Shown one piece after another: positions 49,019 to 58,329 of a DNA stretch of 64,000 nucleotides. A program made the translations under genes and the position numbers. Source of the stretch: an uncultured Chloroflexia bacterium (lineage in GTDB: Bacteria; Chloroflexota; Limnocylindria; Limnocylindrales; CSP1-4); assembly GCA_963752475.1 (NCBI GenBank), contig CAVVYR010000006.1, positions 288,001 to 352,000 on the forward strand, given 5' to 3'. Position 1 is the first letter of the stretch; each line of letters starts with the position of its first letter. The notes beneath the pieces were generated by a model. It saw nothing but the letters and a program-made list of their open reading frames with translations, ran no database searches and had not been told where the DNA came from.

Positions 49019-50383
49019 ATGCGCCCCGACAAGTCTCGAACGCTGACCACCGCGCTAGTCGCGCTGCCTGCCGCCCTGGTCCTCTCGCTCGCGCCGGTCG
49101 CGGCACAGGACGCGAGCCCCTCGGTGACCGAGGCCTCGGCCGCTGCCGAGTGTGTGGAACCGGAGGCGTCGCAGGCGCCCGTCACCGACGAAGCGCTGTC
49201 GATGCCGGAAGACTTCCGCATCGCCCTCTTCGACGGCGTCTGGCAGGGTATCCGCGACTACTACATCGACCCGGACACCAACGGCCTCGACTGGGACGCC
49301 ATCGGCGACGAGTACGCCCCGCTGATCATCGCCACCGACAACGCGCACGAGGTCTATGCGCTCCTGGCCGAGATGGTCGAGACCCTCGAAGACCCCTACA
49401 CCGGCTTCTTCCAGCCCGAGGACCTGGGCGATCCCGCCGCCTTCGATCCCAGCTACGGCGGCATCGGCGCACTGCTCGACACCAGTGCCGCGGGCGAGGA
49501 TACGCCCGGCCTGCGCATCCTCTACGTCTTCGAGGGTGGCGCGGCCAAGGATGCCGGCATCGAGGCACGCGACAGCATCATCGGTGTCGAAGGTGACTCC
49601 TGCGCCCGTATCGCCGAGATCCGCGGCCCGGAAGGCACCGACGTCACGCTTACGGTCGTCTCGCCCGGTGAGGAGCCTCGAGATGTCACGCTCGATCGCC
49701 GCCGCATCGACCCGGTCATCGCGCCGGAGGTGCGCCGGCTCGAAGCCGACCCCGCGATCGGCTACCTGCAGGTGCTGGCGCTCTCCGGCCAGGAGGCCGT
49801 CGATGGCATCAAGCAGGGGCTGACCGAGCTGCTGCGCGGCGACGAGCCCCTCGAGGGCCTGGTGCTGGACCTGCGCTCCTCCAACCAGGGCGCACCCGGC
49901 GTGGTGCTCGAGGCGCTGGGCAGCTTCGTGGAGGGCGAGGTCGGCGAGTACCACTCGCGAGTGGGCAACGAGCCCATCGAGGTCAAGCCCAACGAGATCC
50001 ACCCGGACTACGCGGATCGGCCGCTGGCGGTGCTCGTGGATGAGGAGACCGAGGCCGACGCCGAGCAGCTCGCGGCCATCCTGCAGGACCAGGATCGAGC
50101 CACCATCGTGGGTACGCAGACCTCGGGCCAGACGCACGGCGCGACCATGGTCGATCTGCTCGATGGTTCGCTGCTCCAGATCGTCTCGTGGGGCTTCCAG
50201 CTGCCGGACGGGCAGACGCTCGAGGGCGTGGGCGTGACCCCGGATGTCGTCGTCGAGGACGACTGGCTGAGCTATCCGGAGGCAGACGACCCCTTCATCC
50301 TGGCCGCGCTCGAGGTGCTGTCGGCCGCGTCGGACGATGGTGACGTCGCCGAGGAGACCCCCGAGGCCGAAGCCGCGGGATAG
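49019..50383 (+). CDS. Secreted S41/CtpA-like PDZ protein, catalytic residues substituted
   Basis: LEDPYT, YGGIG, IRGPEGTDV, LVLDLR, GVGVTPDV; TEADAE and TSGQT replace SASASE and TFGKG. Confidence 0.85.
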   Translation: MRPDKSRTLTTALVALPAALVLSLAPVAAQDASPSVTEASAAAECVEPEASQAPVTDEALSMPEDFRIALFDGVWQGIRDYYIDPDTNGLDWDAIGDEYAPLIIATDNAHEVYALLAEMVETLEDPYTGFFQPEDLGDPAAFDPSYGGIGALLDTSAAGEDTPGLRILYVFEGGAAKDAGIEARDSIIGVEGDSCARIAEIRGPEGTDVTLTVVSPGEEPRDVTLDRRRIDPVIAPEVRRLEADPAIGYLQVLALSGQEAVDGIKQGLTELLRGDEPLEGLVLDLRSSNQGAPGVVLEALGSFVEGEVGEYHSRVGNEPIEVKPNEIHPDYADRPLAVLVDEETEADAEQLAAILQDQDRATIVGTQTSGQTHGATMVDLLDGSLLQIVSWGFQLPDGQTLEGVGVTPDVVVEDDWLSYPEADDPFILAALEVLSAASDDGDVAEETPEAEAAG

Positions 50384-51336
50384 AGGTGGCAGGCCACCTC
50401 GTGGCCACCATCGAGCTCGACCAGCGGCGGGATCTCGCGCTCACACGTGCCCGCGATGGCGGCCGGACAGCGGGGCGCGAAGGCGCAGCCGATGGGCAGG
50501 TCACCGGCATCGGGTGGCTCGCCGCCGACCACCGGACGCTGGCGTAGCCGGTTCTGTGGATCGGCCTCGGGCACCGCGGCCAGTAGCGCCTGCGTGTAGG
50601 GGTGCCGAGCGTCCTCGATGAGGGCCTCGGCCGGCGCCAGCTCCACGATGCGCCCCGCGTACATGACCGCGATGCGGTCGGCGAAGTGACGGGCGCTCGC
50701 GAGGTCATGGGTGATGTAGAGGAAGGTCAGGTCGCGCTGCGCCTGCAGCTCCTTGAGCAGGTACAGGATCTCCGCTCGGCTTGAGGCGTCGATCATCGAC
50801 ACCGGTTCGTCGGCCACGAGGTAGTCGGGCTCGAGCACCATCGCGCGCGCGATCGAGACGCGTTGCCGCTGGCCGCCCGAGAGCGTGTGCGGGTACTTGT
50901 CGGCGAACTCGGTGGCCGGCCTGAGCTTGACCTGCTCGAGGGCCTCGATGACCGCGGCATCCTGCTCCGAGCGGTCCGAAGGGCCGTGGATGACGAGCGG
51001 CTCAGCCACCAGGTCACCGACGCGCATGTACGGGCTGAGGCTGGAGAACGGGTCCTGGAAGATGGCCTGCGCTCGCCGGCGGAACGAGAGCATGGCCGCT
51101 CCCTCGAGCCCGGCGATGTCCTCGCCCTCGAAGACGACCTGGCCGTCACTGGCATCGACGAGGCGGAGGGTGGCGCGCCCCAACGTCGTCTTGCCGCTGC
51201 CGGACTCGCCCACGACGGCCACCGTCTCGCCCATGGCCAGGTCGAGCGAGACGTCGGTGACAGCGGCGATGGGCCGCTCGCTGAAGAACGACTTGCGCAC
51301 GTAGAAGCGCACCGACAGTCCTTCGATGCGCAGCAC
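50272..51336 (-). CDS. oppF: Peptide ABC transporter ATPase (OppF-like); native 5' end disturbed by IS110
   Basis: GESGSGKTT, IFQDP, LSGGQRQR, ADEP, HPYT, GCAFAPRC; GTG 51336 is a plausible residual start. Confidence 0.88.
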   Translation of the reverse strand: MLRIEGLSVRFYVRKSFFSERPIAAVTDVSLDLAMGETVAVVGESGSGKTTLGRATLRLVDASDGQVVFEGEDIAGLEGAAMLSFRRRAQAIFQDPFSSLSPYMRVGDLVAEPLVIHGPSDRSEQDAAVIEALEQVKLRPATEFADKYPHTLSGGQRQRVSIARAMVLEPDYLVADEPVSMIDASSRAEILYLLKELQAQRDLTFLYITHDLASARHFADRIAVMYAGRIVELAPAEALIEDARHPYTQALLAAVPEADPQNRLRQRPVVGGEPPDAGDLPIGCAFAPRCPAAIAGTCEREIPPLVELDGGHEVACHLYPAASASGVSSATSPSSDAADSTSSAARMKGSSASG

Positions 51337-51360
51337 CGGCCCGTCCTCGGCCGTCCACTC

Positions 51361-52419
51361 GGGCGACGGCCCGGTGGTCGAGGCCCTGCTCGACGCCGGG
51401 CTGACCGTCGTCGTCATCAGCCCCAACCAGCTCAAGGGCCTCCGTTCGCGCTACGGCTCGGCCGGCAACAAGGACGACCGCTTCGACGCCTTCGTGCTCG
51501 CCGACACCCTGCGCACCGACCGGGCCCGGCTTCGCCCGCTGACCCAGGACACCGAGGCCACGCGGACCCTGCGCGCCACCGTGCGGGCCCGTCGCGACCT
51601 GGTCAGGCACCGCGTCGCGGTGTGCAACCAGCTTCGCGCCCACCTGCAGGCCACCTTCCCCGGCGTGGTCGGCCTGTTCGCAGAGCTGGACTCGCCGATC
51701 AGCCTGGCCTTCCTGGCCCGCTTCGACTCCCAGGCACGTGCCGACTGGCTCTCCCCCGGGCGGCTGGCGGCCTGGCTGGCCAGCGTCGGCTACAGCGGCC
51801 GCAAGGACCCCGCCGACCTCCATGCCCGACTGCAGGCCGCACCCCGGGGCCCGGTCGGACCCGACGGTGCCGCCCGGGCCCATGTCACCCGCGCCCTGCT
51901 CAGCGTGCTCGACGGCCTGGTCGAGCAGATCGGGACCCTCGAGGCGCAGATCACCGAGCAGCTCGCCCTTCACGCCGACGCCCACATCTTCCGGTCCCTG
52001 CCCCGCAGCGGCACCGTCCGCGCCGCCCGGCTGCTCGCCGAGATCGGCGACGTCCGCGCCCGCTTCCCCGACGCCGCCTCCCTGGCCTGCCTGGCCGGCG
52101 TCGCGCCCTCGACCAGACAGTCCGGCAAGCACCGAGCCGTCACGTTCCGATGGGCGGTCGACAAGGAGCTCCGCGACGCGGTCTGCGACTTCGCCGGCGA
52201 CTCCCGACGCGCCAACCCCTGGGCCGCGAAGATCTACGACGACGCCATCGCCCGGGGCAAGGACCACCCCCACGCGACCCGCATCCTGGCCCGTGCCTGG
52301 CTCGGCGCGATCTGGCGCTGCTGGCAGGATGACGCCGCCTACGAACCCGCCCGACACCACGCCCTCCAGGCCATGCAGGACACCGCCATGGCGGCCCAGG
52401 GTTGACAAGGGCTACTCAT
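51361..52419 (+). mobile_element. 5'-truncated IS110-family element (transposase remnant ends 52405)
   Basis: GDGPVVEAL, KDDRFDAFVLAD, LLAEIGD..RF, AGVAPSTRQSGK, LARAW; N-terminal GID and E motifs absent. Confidence 0.9.
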
Positions 52420-53390
52420 GCCGGCTCCTCTGGGTCGCGCCGGCGGTCGAGCCGCCAGCAGCGCGCGTGGTGGCCGGTCCCGACCTCGATGTAGGGCGGC
52501 GGTTCGCCACATCGTTCGTAGACCAGCGGACAGCGGGCGGCGAAGCGACAGCCACTGATGGGATCGCGCAGGTCCGGCGGCGCGCCGGGCAGGAAGTCGG
52601 GTGGCTCGGGGTCGTGCAGGCTGGGGATGCTCGCGAGCAGGCGCTGCGTGTAGGGGTCGGCTGGCGCCTCCAGCACGCGCTCGGCGGAGCCCAGCTCGCG
52701 CACCTGCCCGGCGTAGACCACGGCGATCGCGTCGCACAGGTCCGACGCCAGCGCCAGGTCGTGGGTGATGAAGAGCATCGAGATACGCCGCTCGGACTTG
52801 AGCTCCTTGAGCAGGTTCATGATCTGCGCCTGGATGCTCACATCGAGCGCGCTGGTGGGTTCGTCCAGGATGAGCAGCGGCGGATCGTGCGTCAGCGCCG
52901 AGGCGATCATCACGCGCTGCTTCATGCCGCCCGAGAGCTCGTGGGGGTAGCGATCGGCCACGGACACCGGTAGGCCCACGCGCGCGATCAATCCTTCGAC
53001 GCGGGTCCGCACGTCGGCCTTGCCCATGCCGTCCGAGCGCAGCCGCTCACCGACCTGGTCCCCCACGCGGATGACCGGGTTGAGCGAGTGCATCGCGCCC
53101 TGGAAGACCATAGCCATGCGGCTCCAGCGGATGTGCTTGCGGAAGGCCTCGTCATCGAGCTCGGTCAGCTCTTCGCCATCGAGCCGCACCGAGCCGCCGA
53201 CGAGCGTGCCGTTGCGCGGCAGCAGGCGCATGAGCGCGGTGGCCATGCTGGTCTTGCCCGAGCCCGATTCGCCGATGATGCCCAGGGCCTCGCCCTCGGC
53301 CAGGTCGAAGGAGATACCGTCCACCGCGCGCAGGGGGCCTCGCTCGGTGGAGTACTCGAGCGCCAGGTCGCGGGCTTCGAGGAGGGCCAC
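52416..53390 (-). CDS. oppD: Peptide ABC transporter ATPase (OppD-like)
   Basis: GESGSGKTS, VFQGAMHSLNP, YPHELSGGMKQR, GCRFAARC; TAGTG overlap with oppC. Confidence 0.92.
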   Translation of the reverse strand: MALLEARDLALEYSTERGPLRAVDGISFDLAEGEALGIIGESGSGKTSMATALMRLLPRNGTLVGGSVRLDGEELTELDDEAFRKHIRWSRMAMVFQGAMHSLNPVIRVGDQVGERLRSDGMGKADVRTRVEGLIARVGLPVSVADRYPHELSGGMKQRVMIASALTHDPPLLILDEPTSALDVSIQAQIMNLLKELKSERRISMLFITHDLALASDLCDAIAVVYAGQVRELGSAERVLEAPADPYTQRLLASIPSLHDPEPPDFLPGAPPDLRDPISGCRFAARCPLVYERCGEPPPYIEVGTGHHARCWRLDRRRDPEEPA

Positions 53391-54811
53391 TAGGAGCGCC
53401 TCAGCTTGGGGTTGACGATGGGCTCCATGGCCAGCGCGAGGAGCATGAAGGTCATGGCCGTGAGCACGATGAGCAAGCCAGGGGAGACGACCCACCACCA
53501 GTAGCCCAGGAAGACGGCGCCGGTGCGGAAGCCATCCTCGAGGATCTGGCCCCAGGTCGGCAGCGACGGATCGCCCAGGCCCAGGAACGAGAGGCCGGCC
53601 TCGGCCAGGATGACCGCGGGCACGAAGAAGATGAGCTGGGTGAAGACGTAGGGTGCCGTGTGCGGGAAGATGTGCTTCACGAGGATGTGCCGCGACGAGG
53701 CGCCCAGCGCCCGTGCCGCCTCCACCTCCTGGCTGCCCGACAGGCCCAGCACCATCGAGCGCACGAGGATCGTCAGCCCCGGCCACGAGAAGGCCACGAG
53801 CAGCACCAGGATGAGCCACAACTGGGCCCCGAAGACGAAGACGAAGAAGATCAGCAGCGGCAACAAGGGCACGTTGTTGACGACGTCCGCGGCGCGTTGG
53901 ATGACGAGGTCGATGCGACCGCCCTTGTAGCCGCTGAGCATGCCGAGCCCCGTGCCGATGACCGTCGAGACCGTGGCCGCGGCGATGCCGATGAGCAGCG
54001 CCACCGGCAGCCCGAAGGCGAGCCCCTGGGCCAGGTCACGCCCGGATCCGTCCGTGCCCAGGAGGCCGAAGACCGTACCGCCCACGACCGTCCGCATCCA
54101 GGCGATGTCATCGTCGGGGGCGGCCAGCGCGACGCGCACCTGGGTCACGTACTCGCCGTTGAGCGGCTCGGGCTCCCCCTCCGGGCCTGGCACCCCGAAG
54201 AGCCAGGCCGCGGTGTCGTTCTGGATCATCGAGGCCGGTACGGTCTCGCCGTACGTCTCGGCCAGCATCTCGGAGATGGCCTGGGCCGTCTCTGGCTCAG
54301 CGGTCAGCAGCACCCGCAGCGGCGTCTCGTCGTGGCGCACGAAGGGCGGCTCTTCGCCGGCCCTGGGGCCGCGGATGGTCGTGCGCAACAGCGACACGGA
54401 CGACCCATCGGGCCGCAGCAGCGTCACGCTCAGCGACGGCGGCCGCTCCTCGAAGGCGACGTCGCCCAGGCTGAAGGAGAGGAAGCTCGGCGCTTCGGAC
54501 GCGGTGTGCTCGTAGACCAGGTCGTGGATCTCGACCCGTGCATCGCCACGCTCGGTGGTCTCTGTGGCCTGGCCCGACTCGAGGATCGTGTGCTCGACCG
54601 CGTCACCGCTCAGCGTCGCGGTCCAGGCCGGTGGCACGGCCTTGGGATGGTCGGCCCACACCGCGGGGTTGGACCATCGCGTGGGCCCGAAGTCGAGCGG
54701 GAACGTGGCCAACACGAAGAGCGAGCTCAGGCCCAGGAGCAGGGCCAGGGCGACGCCGATCTTGCCGGCCGTGCTGTCGAGGACCTGCCGCAACAGGCTG
54801 CGCCGCCTCAC
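53390..54811 (-). CDS. oppC: Peptide ABC permease (OppC-like) with large extracytoplasmic insertion
   Basis: LLGTDGSGRD, EAARALGAS, EAGLSFLGLG, YWWWV..PG. Confidence 0.9.
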   Translation of the reverse strand: MRRRSLLRQVLDSTAGKIGVALALLLGLSSLFVLATFPLDFGPTRWSNPAVWADHPKAVPPAWTATLSGDAVEHTILESGQATETTERGDARVEIHDLVYEHTASEAPSFLSFSLGDVAFEERPPSLSVTLLRPDGSSVSLLRTTIRGPRAGEEPPFVRHDETPLRVLLTAEPETAQAISEMLAETYGETVPASMIQNDTAAWLFGVPGPEGEPEPLNGEYVTQVRVALAAPDDDIAWMRTVVGGTVFGLLGTDGSGRDLAQGLAFGLPVALLIGIAAATVSTVIGTGLGMLSGYKGGRIDLVIQRAADVVNNVPLLPLLIFFVFVFGAQLWLILVLLVAFSWPGLTILVRSMVLGLSGSQEVEAARALGASSRHILVKHIFPHTAPYVFTQLIFFVPAVILAEAGLSFLGLGDPSLPTWGQILEDGFRTGAVFLGYWWWVVSPGLLIVLTAMTFMLLALAMEPIVNPKLRRS

Positions 54812-55866
54812 TGGTAGCGCACCCGGGGGTCGAGGAAGACGTAGAGGATCTCGAGCAGCAGCCGCGCGCCCACGTAGATGAGCGTGAACATGAAGGTCAG
54901 GCCGATGATGATCGACTCATCGGGCTGACCCGAGAACGTCTTGAAGTAGAGCTGGCCCATGCCCTCCCAGGCGAAGACGGTCTCGATGAGGATGGAGCCG
55001 CCGAGCGTGGCCGCCAGGCCCAGGATGAGCCCGGTGACGATGGGCGGCGCGGCCACGCGCAGGATGTGCCGGCGTCGGATGAGGCCCTCGGGCAGGCCCT
55101 TGGCGCGCGCGACCGTGACGTGGTCCTGTAGCGCGACGTTGAGCGTCATGGTGCGGATGACGTAGATCGAGGGCCCGATGCTCACCAGCACCAGCGTCAG
55201 GATGGGCAGCAGCGCGTGCCAGGCGAGGTCCAGGAAGGACGCCACCGCGCCCTCTGGCGGCGGTGTGGAGTACATCCCGCCCGAGGGCAGGATGCGTAAC
55301 CAGAAGCTGAAGATGAGGATGAGCAGGATGCCTGCCCACCAAGCCGGCAGGCCGTTGGTGATGGCCGCCACGTAGCTCACGATGCGATCGGCGCGTGAGC
55401 CTGGCCGGGTCGAGAGCCAGACCCCCACGGTCAGGCCGATGACCGCGTTGATGGCCAGCGCCGTCGTGAGCAGCATGATCGTCCGCGGCAGCCGCTCGAG
55501 GATGATGTCGGCCACGCCGTTGCTGCCATCCGCGGCCCTGATCGAGCGCGCCTCCCCGAGGTCGAATACGAGCACCTGCGCCACCACCGCCGGCAGTCGC
55601 TGGAACCACGGCTGGTCCAGCCCGTACGACTGCTCCAGCTCCGTGCGGCGGGTGGCGATGATCTCTTCCACCGCGTCCGGGTCCGTGACCGTCTCCGACA
55701 GGCCCGTGCGCATGATGCGCAGCTCCTCGCCGACCTGGGCCTCGAGGATGCGGTCGCTGTAGCCGGTGGCGCCGAGCGTCAGCACCAGCAGCACGAGCAC
55801 GATGATCAGCACCGCGCCGAGGCTGGCAGCGCGGACGAGGATGGGGCGCAGCGGCGATGGGCTCAC
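54808..55866 (-). CDS. oppB: Peptide ABC permease (OppB-like)
   Basis: YGLDQP, ERLPRT, LPSGGM, ARAKGL, ETVFAWEGMG. Confidence 0.92.
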   Translation of the reverse strand: MSPSPLRPILVRAASLGAVLIIVLVLLVLTLGATGYSDRILEAQVGEELRIMRTGLSETVTDPDAVEEIIATRRTELEQSYGLDQPWFQRLPAVVAQVLVFDLGEARSIRAADGSNGVADIILERLPRTIMLLTTALAINAVIGLTVGVWLSTRPGSRADRIVSYVAAITNGLPAWWAGILLILIFSFWLRILPSGGMYSTPPPEGAVASFLDLAWHALLPILTLVLVSIGPSIYVIRTMTLNVALQDHVTVARAKGLPEGLIRRRHILRVAAPPIVTGLILGLAATLGGSILIETVFAWEGMGQLYFKTFSGQPDESIIIGLTFMFTLIYVGARLLLEILYVFLDPRVRYQ

Positions 55867-55914
55867 AGGCGGAGTCAGCCCTCCTCGCGTACGGCTACGT
55901 GGACGCTCCCAAGG

Positions 55915-58326
55915 TTAGGGGAGCACCTCGAGGTCGACGCGGCGTTCGGTGATGCGGGCCAGCGAATCGCTGTCGGCCGCGATGAAGAGCTCGTAGAAGC
56001 CGGGGAAGAGCATGCCCGTCACGTCGGCCGGGACCGTCACGGTGAAGTTGCCGTCACCGTCGTCGACGGCGCGTCCGGAGACGACGACCTCCGTCGTAGC
56101 AGGGTCCAGCAGCAGGTACTGCAGGCCCAGCGTGCCGGGGCCGCTGACGGTCGCGCTGATGACCGCGTCCTCGCCGGGCACGATGAGATCGGTCCCGATG
56201 TCCTCGATCTCGAGCAGCGGCGGGTCGCCACGGTAGTGGTCGCCGGGGCTGAAGGGGTAGGACTCGTCACGGAAGGCGATGAGCTCGGCGAACTGCGCCG
56301 GCGGGTCGAACTGGGCCAGGTAGAACGGGCCCTGGCTGATGACCAGGTGATCGGTCTCGTCGTACCAGTCCTGGGCCGCCTCGTAGCGCGCCACTGCCTC
56401 CTCCGGCGTGACCAGCACCTGGCCGCCGAAGTCGAAGACGCCCTCGGGGACGAACTCGTCGCGCTCGAGGCTGCGCAGCGTCCGATCCACGAGCCCGGCA
56501 TCACGCTCGAGCACGAGCGAGAGCCAGGGCACGCTGAAGCGGCTGGCCGCGGTGTCGCTGTAGGCGCCACGTCGCTGCTCGAAGACGAGATCGTCCATGG
56601 CCGCCTTGAGCTCCCAGGGCATATCGAAGCTCGTGGGGCTGGCGTAGGCGCCGATGTGGTCGTCATCGAAGTGCCAGTAGTCGACGTAGACCTCGAGCTC
56701 GCCGTCATCGGTCAGGCGATAGCCCTTGAAGGTCTCGAGGATCGGTCGCGAGGTGACCGCGATGGCTGTCTCGATGCGCACCTTCTCAGGGTCGTAGGCC
56801 AGTTCGTTGCCCTGCGCGATGGAGTAGACCGCATCGGCGATGGTGATGCGCTGGCCGTGGTGCCAGTTCGCGTCGGTGTAGCCGGAGTAGTCGAAGGTGA
56901 CCTTGCTCACGGCCGTCGTGCCCGCTGGCACGGGTGTCCAGGTCTTGGACTCCACGTCCCACAAGAGTGCGTCGGCAGGCACCTCGAGCGTGCCGTCTGG
57001 ACCGGCTGTCTCGACGGCGTAGTCCGCGCGGAAGGGCTGAGGGATGCCGGTGAAGGCATCGTTCCAGATGGCTGGGTCGGACAGGTTGCGCCAGAGGTCG
57101 ACGGCGTAGACGTCGCCCAGGCCGCCGATGGGGTTGTAGGTCGTGCGCTCGGTCCAGACCCACTGGTGGCCCACGCGGACGTCGTCCGAACCGGGCACGT
57201 AGGCCTCGCGCAGGGCCCACGGGTTGCGCGGGCCGGCCACGAGGTCGCGGGTCATGCCGTCGAGGGCCTCGACCGCGGGGAAGCTGTTGTCGACGGTGGC
57301 GAGCCAGATGCGGATGGACTCATCGAGTCCGGCCGCAGTCATCTGGCGGTAGATCTCGTTGCGCTGCTCGAGGCTGTCGAACTCACCGCGGTAGAGCGTC
57401 TGGCCGAGTTCGTCGAGCTCGTCGTTCTGGTACTGCCAGTAGCCCTCTTCGAGCCAGCCGGGCATCTGGCCCAGCCAGGGGGCGATGTAGGCGTTGACGG
57501 AGCCCACGTCATAGCGGCGCGGCGCACTGCGGCCCCAGCCCTCGGTGTAGATGTGCCACTCGAACTGGGCCGGATCGCTGGAGTAGACCTTCTGGAGTGC
57601 GGGCGCGAACTGGTCGTAGGTGATGGCCACCACAAAGCCGGCCTGCTCCAGTTCGGAGCGGACGAGGTCCGCGATGTCCCGGCGCTCGTCTTCGACGCGG
57701 CCGATGAGCTTGATGCGCACCGGCTGCCCCTCGAAGTGCCAGATGCCGTCGACGAGCTCGGCGCCGGCCGCGGTCATCTCCTCGGCGATGACCTCACGCG
57801 CGAGCTCCGGCTCATACGTGATGCCCGAGCCGCGGTCGATGTCGTAGATGGTCAGGAAGTCGGGGTCCGAGGGGCCGACGTGCGTGAGCTGCGGCTCCCC
57901 CGCGCCCTGGTAGATGTCCTGGGCGATGGCGTCGCGGTTGACGAGGTACTGCATCGCCTGGCGGATCGCCTTGATGGAGAACGGGTTGAGTTCACCCTCT
58001 CGCGCGGGCGCAGGATTGAGGATGAGCGAGACCTGTGTGGCGGGAGCATCGATGAGCTCCACGCCCTCGGTGCCGCGCAGGTCCTGCGCCGCTTCGGTCT
58101 TGAGGCCGAAGAGGTAGAGATCCATGTTCCCGGCTTCGATGTCGAGCGGCGCCCGATCGACGAAGAACGAGTTGTAGAGCAGGCGCTCGGCGGCGGGTCC
58201 AGGTCGATCGTGCGGCGGCTCGTAGGCCTCGTCCTGGGCCAGTGTGGCGGCCGGCAGGAGCGAGCCCACCAGCGTCAGCGCGAGTGCGAACGACCCGGCC
58301 GTCCACACGCGTGTGCGTCCGGTCAT
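55915..58326 (-). CDS. oppA: Large family-5 ABC substrate-binding protein
   Basis: Signal peptide; NPFSIKAIRQAMQYLVNRD; WHHGQRITIADAVY; GPFYL; 803 aa. Confidence 0.88.
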   Translation of the reverse strand: MTGRTRVWTAGSFALALTLVGSLLPAATLAQDEAYEPPHDRPGPAAERLLYNSFFVDRAPLDIEAGNMDLYLFGLKTEAAQDLRGTEGVELIDAPATQVSLILNPAPAREGELNPFSIKAIRQAMQYLVNRDAIAQDIYQGAGEPQLTHVGPSDPDFLTIYDIDRGSGITYEPELAREVIAEEMTAAGAELVDGIWHFEGQPVRIKLIGRVEDERRDIADLVRSELEQAGFVVAITYDQFAPALQKVYSSDPAQFEWHIYTEGWGRSAPRRYDVGSVNAYIAPWLGQMPGWLEEGYWQYQNDELDELGQTLYRGEFDSLEQRNEIYRQMTAAGLDESIRIWLATVDNSFPAVEALDGMTRDLVAGPRNPWALREAYVPGSDDVRVGHQWVWTERTTYNPIGGLGDVYAVDLWRNLSDPAIWNDAFTGIPQPFRADYAVETAGPDGTLEVPADALLWDVESKTWTPVPAGTTAVSKVTFDYSGYTDANWHHGQRITIADAVYSIAQGNELAYDPEKVRIETAIAVTSRPILETFKGYRLTDDGELEVYVDYWHFDDDHIGAYASPTSFDMPWELKAAMDDLVFEQRRGAYSDTAASRFSVPWLSLVLERDAGLVDRTLRSLERDEFVPEGVFDFGGQVLVTPEEAVARYEAAQDWYDETDHLVISQGPFYLAQFDPPAQFAELIAFRDESYPFSPGDHYRGDPPLLEIEDIGTDLIVPGEDAVISATVSGPGTLGLQYLLLDPATTEVVVSGRAVDDGDGNFTVTVPADVTGMLFPGFYELFIAADSDSLARITERRVDLEVLP

Positions 58327-58329
58327 GGC

